Source: Tubiluchus corallicola
Taxonomy: Eukaryota; Animalia; Priapulida
NCBI GenBank assembly: GCA_030141605.1
Contig: JAQGDQ010002369.1
Location: forward strand, 310,001-374,000
Direction: 5' to 3'
DNA: 64,000 bases
Below are positions 60,273 through 64,000 of the stretch, in pieces. Below the pieces are notes generated by a model. That model did no database searches, had not been told where the DNA came from, and saw only the letters and a list, made by a program, of their open reading frames with translations. The position numbers and the translations under genes were made by a program. Positions within the stretch are counted from its first letter, which is position 1, and the number at the start of each line of letters is the position of its first letter.

Positions 60273-60532
60273 CTAGTGTGGTTGGTCCAAATTGCCTAGC
60301 AGCTTCAAGGGGCATGCATCTCGGGTTCTCTCACAGGTGGCGGACATGACAGGCATAAGAGCCAATATACCCAATGCAAGCAACGTATATTGGTAGTTTC
60401 CACCAATGTGATCCAAGTTTTTCCAATTGCGATCATAGATTTCAATTTTTTTTCCAAACAACGATCCCTTCACTTGGGGGGGGGGGCATCTAAATAATAT
60501 TTAACGTGATTATTCACTATTTTTTCTGCCAT
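60273..60532 (-). pseudogene. Small Cys-containing protein gene out of frame at a C11 tract
   Basis: AAGGAGG RBS, ATG 60532, MAEKIVNNHVKYYLDAPPPK*. C12 or C9 would read into VKGSLFG...LALGILALMPVMSATCE. Confidence 0.7.
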
Positions 60533-60761
60533 GATTTCCTCCTTCAAACCCTGAGCTGAGTTTGTTAGGAAATCACTAAGCATGCAGAATTGCATCAAAA
60601 AAAAACTATACGTAGAAACACCTATTTTTTGATCGGAATGGCAATTAACCGGGTAATTTTTCAGAAAGAGTTGATTAATAAAGGAAAGGAGGATATGCCA
60701 TAACGCCCTTCGAAAAAGGATGTCCTGTGTAGTCTCTTAATTCTCAGGAAAGGGTGGCAAT

Positions 60762-61571
60762 ATAAAGAAAAAAATAGATCTCGATGGAAGTCATGTTTTT
60801 GGTTCAGCAGAAAAAATCAAAGGATTTTGTAGACCCTTATGCGATCTCTTAGAAATACCGTGGTTTCGGTATGGAAAAGTATTTCATGATGGTTCAAGGA
60901 TCATTCTTTCTAATCGGCCAGAAATTTTCCAGTGGTTCTATGAAGAAGGAAACTATCCCTTTACCTGGTGTGATCATGATCTTCCGATCTCACAATTCAA
61001 ATCAGCCGCGTGGGCTGTTCAAAGACTCTCCGATACGAAACAACAGAAAGTTTATAGGCGGGAATTTATCAAACACTTTGGATTTCTTGAGGGCATATAT
61101 TTCATTAAGAAGTCTGCAAGTTTTATTGAGATTGCTAGTTTTGGTTCGAATGACTCTCATATTTACGATATCAAAAAATCTCAACTGAACCGATTCCTAT
61201 ATTATTTCAAACAGCAAGCCAGAGATCTCATAGAAGGAGCAGAAAAGGAAAGAATACCCGTTCCAATCCATTCGCCTCCCAAATGGATATCTCCTTCTCA
61301 TACAAGTGAGAAAAAGTTTTTAGAAATAACTAAAGTCAAGAGATACCACCTCAGTGGCTACTATCAGGGCATTTATCTCACAGACCGGGAGGTAGAGTGT
61401 CTAAACTGGGTAGTGAAGGGCAAGTCGATGGAAGAGATCGCTAATATGTTACATATCAGTAGAAAAACCGTAGAAAAACATATCGAGAACATCAAGCGCA
61501 AGCTCCACTTAGAAAAGCTATCCCAGCTTATCTCCTTTGCGATAGATCAGGAACTAATTTTTGAATTATGA
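60762..61571 (+). CDS. LuxR-type HTH transcriptional regulator with no canonical start codon (ATA at 60762)
   Basis: Uninterrupted 269-codon frame missed by the track; C-terminal LTDREVECLNWVVKGKSMEEIANMLHISRKTVEKHIENIKRKL. Confidence 0.85.
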   Translation: MKKKIDLDGSHVFGSAEKIKGFCRPLCDLLEIPWFRYGKVFHDGSRIILSNRPEIFQWFYEEGNYPFTWCDHDLPISQFKSAAWAVQRLSDTKQQKVYRREFIKHFGFLEGIYFIKKSASFIEIASFGSNDSHIYDIKKSQLNRFLYYFKQQARDLIEGAEKERIPVPIHSPPKWISPSHTSEKKFLEITKVKRYHLSGYYQGIYLTDREVECLNWVVKGKSMEEIANMLHISRKTVEKHIENIKRKLHLEKLSQLISFAIDQELIFEL

Positions 61572-61617
61572 GGCTATCCTATAGATGACCCTCATCATGC
61601 ATAAGTTTTATTGATCT

Positions 61618-61680
61618 CAAGGGTAAGAGCGGTATAGTCTGTATCCATTCGAGCATTCATGTCATCAGCCATTGCTAGTA
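61618..61680 (-). pseudogene. Remnant of a third NAR-family small protein
   Basis: LAMADDMNARMDTDYTALTL matches LQMTADDMNARHGTDYTSFTL of 63158-63511. Confidence 0.7.
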
Positions 61681-61786
61681 TTTATGCTAATCTGGATTGA
61701 TACACATGGATATTATTCATGTGAGTTTTTTGTTTTCGTGACCTGAATGAGAAATAATTTTATATCTAAATAATAACCATTTTGCT

Positions 61787-62294
61787 TTATACATGGCCTG
61801 TCGTTTTGAGACCCGCACAACAAGTTAGACAGCCTCCATGACCAGCTGGGGTTACCAGAAGCGATGTGCAAAAGGTTTTTAATCCTGTTACAACAGCTGT
61901 TTTCGTAGCTTCAACTGTATCTCCTTGCATCCATTGCCATCCTGCGTATCCAGCTTCAGTAAAACGTTGAACTAAAGAAATTGGATTACAGATAGATAGG
62001 CATTCAATATATCAGCGGTTCTCCCAAAAGACCTGTGTCGATTTTTACTACACCATCTGCCTTACAAATTTTTTGGCAAGCCTGCTCTGGGACATCTTCT
62101 TTTCCTCCTGGAGGGGGCCCACAGATTATTCTACAAGTTTTTTGCCTAGCTCTTACTTTTGCTTGTGAAAGGTTTGACATCGCATGGGTTACAATAGCTG
62201 CAACTGCAAGAGCTGTAATCGCACCAAAATTTTGTACTGGGTTCCCTATAAAGGAAACCATTGGGAAATTATTACCAAGAGCTTCAATAACCAT
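61787..62294 (-). pseudogene. Cys-rich small protein, frameshifted near 62005
   Basis: AGGAG RBS, MVIEALG...ALAVAAIVTHAMSNLSQA...CRIIC...CQKIC; second frame ECLSIC...GCLTCCAGLKTTGHV*. Confidence 0.7.
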
Positions 62295-62329
62295 GGCTAT
62301 TACTCCTATTTTAAGTATTATTTGGATTC

Positions 62330-62643
62330 TTATTTGCAAATATGTTTTCCCCTTAAATAGACCCAAAAACAAGCCTGGCCTTTCCAACCGTGAACATCTT
62401 TGCACTCTTGGTAATGTTCTTGATCTACGTGTTTCCAAAAATGACCTAATACATTTGTTTTAGGAAGTTGAGATAAAACAAGAAGAGCTAATCCTGTAAA
62501 TGGCTACAGGACCGACATGTGGTGCTCCATAAGCTCCACGAAAGCCAACGCTCCTGGAAAATTGCCTATAGGTAGAAGAGCTATGATATATTCCTTTTTT
62601 TTAAACTTTTTCTCATAAGAAGAAGAGTTACAATTCTATTCAT
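62330..62643 (-). pseudogene. Degenerate Cys-containing small protein
   Basis: Fragment TGLALLVLSQLPKTNVLGHFW...ECKDVHGWKGQACFW...HICK*; 5' part broken, start uncertain. Confidence 0.5.
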
Positions 62644-62671
62644 ATTCTTGGTGGTTTATGTGTTTCTTTGC

Positions 62672-63021
62672 TTATCTCTCATTTTGTTCCTTTATTCGTT
62701 CTTCAACTCGAGAAATAAAATCGAACATGGCTTTATTGAGTGGATCCGATTGAGGGTCGCAAATCAACTGTTCTTTGATTTTATCTAGAATGAAAAGAAC
62801 GGTATATGGATGTTTTGCCTGGCATTCAGCTCATTAACTACCTGTTTCAGCTGAATGAATTCCTCAATTCTATCCTCTTCCGATTCGATATGAGATAAAG
62901 GTTCGGGCACCTCATGGATAGCGATTGGGGAAAATTCTGAGTCAAAGACCTCTTTGACATCACAATACGATGGCCCCATGAAAAATAACGAAATAACCAC
63001 AGATATTACAAAAAACTTCAT
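62672..63021 (-). pseudogene. NAR-family small secreted protein, frameshifted near 62808
   Basis: GGAGGA RBS, MKFFVISVV...ELNARQNI / YTVLFILDKIKEQ...MFDFISRVEERIKEQ aligns with 63158-63511. Confidence 0.75.
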
Positions 63022-63157
63022 GACAATCCTCCTTGTTATTTTTTGAGTACTCTCCAGAAATGCTCTGAGTCGACTGAGGGAATCTGCATGCTCAACTTTT
63101 TTCCCAAGCATGTTTCCTGCCTATTCATTTGATGAACAAAGGTTCCTTGCTAGCTGT

Positions 63158-63511
63158 TCACCATTCATTACTTTTGTCACAGAAACCTCCTTGTTGTTCT
63201 TGAATGCAATTCTCTATACGAGAGAAAAAATTGATCATGAAATGGTAGGCCTCTATCGGAAGATCTTCATTTCCTATTTCTTCCTTTATTTTCTGGATAA
63301 GAGTAAAAGAGGTGTAATCAGTCCCGTGTCTGGCATTCATATCGTCTGCAGTCATTTGAAGAACACGGACAACGTTCTCAAAGCCATCTTCCCGATCGAT
63401 TCCAAACATAGATTCGAATAGCTCAATTGCTTTTCTTTCAGAAAAATCTGAATCTTCACAGGATTCGCTTGAAATGAAGCACATCGAAAAAAGAGCAAAG
63501 ATGGAAAACAT
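63158..63511 (-). CDS. NAR-family small acidic secreted protein
   Basis: Hydrophobic N-terminus, DDMNARHGTDYT, FFSRIENCIQEQ. Confidence 0.7.
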   Translation of the reverse strand: MFSIFALFSMCFISSESCEDSDFSERKAIELFESMFGIDREDGFENVVRVLQMTADDMNARHGTDYTSFTLIQKIKEEIGNEDLPIEAYHFMINFFSRIENCIQEQQGGFCDKSNEW

Positions 63512-63706
63512 TTTTTTATAATCACAACCCCTTAATATTGATAAATCCGAATGCCTAAACTTAACAATTCGTTAACAAAGAGATAACTGTACGAAATTAG
63601 TCAATCCAAATGATATGGGTAGAAATACCCATTTTTACGGAATGAGTTCATGTTTATCGGGATTTATTAAGAGAATAAGATTGTTTTGAAATAGAAAATC
63701 CATTTT

Positions 63707-64000
63707 TCAAGATGGCTTGGTGGGAATCTTAATGACCCACAAACCAAAATTGAAGTAGTTGGTCCATTCGAGATGGACAAATTCTTCTGCGCCCTGATTC
63801 CGTAGTTCAGAATAGCTATGATCGGTAGCATCAGGAGCTGGGAAATATACATCTTCCGCAAAATAGTCGCGGAAAGAAATATTCTCTCTTTCTTCTGCAG
63901 TTAAGCCTGATGGCATTTTCGCACAATAGGCAAGACGATCCTGAGTCAGATCTTTAATACAGCGTAATTCCATTTCCTGAGGTGAAACAGAAGAAAAATA
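63707..64000 (-). CDS. Hypothetical protein, probably 5'-truncated by the window edge
   Basis: Frame stays open from the track ATG (63973) to the window end; no family recognised. Confidence 0.4.
   Translation of the reverse strand, partial: YFSSVSPQEMELRCIKDLTQDRLAYCAKMPSGLTAEERENISFRDYFAEDVYFPAPDATDHSYSELRNQGAEEFVHLEWTNYFNFGLWVIKIPTKPS

Noticed and set aside
60681-60703. AAGGAGG-AT-ATG-CCA-TAA mini-ORF upstream of luxR
   Set aside because: It is in a different frame from luxR and the RBS spacing is very short; a regulatory role is unsupported.
1-64000. CRISPR array, reverse transcriptase, transposase or prophage
   Set aside because: No regularly spaced repeats or diagnostic protein motifs were found by eye or in the ORF track.

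Overview
64 kb of a low-GC bacterial chromosome, most likely an environmental Chlamydiota (Simkaniaceae-like). This rests on the MOMP/Lpg1974-like porin paralogs, DUF2608, yhhQ-tgt, glgB with its conserved upstream partner gene, a stand-alone tRNA-Ala/tRNA-Ile pair and many effector/Inc-like orphans. The backbone is housekeeping (mdh, gltA, hflX, radC, mtaB, glgB, ligA, miaB, rplM-rpsI, transporters). No CRISPR array, transposase, integrase or prophage was seen. Most unusual: (1) a 2H-phosphoesterase-archease fusion coupled to rtcB; (2) both GDP-fucose enzymes (Fcl, Gmd) carry signal-peptide-like N-termini; (3) a family of palindromic MITE/RPE-like elements with compensatory base changes, one of which splits an msrB remnant; (4) a decaying 60.2-63.5 kb island with an unlisted LuxR-type regulator, Cys-rich peptide genes (one apparently switched off by a poly-C tract) and three paralogous small secreted proteins; (5) candidate effectors with PSAP motifs, a CE-clan protease motif and a degenerate zincin-like family. 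All calls come from reading motifs by eye; several frameshifts could be sequencing errors.
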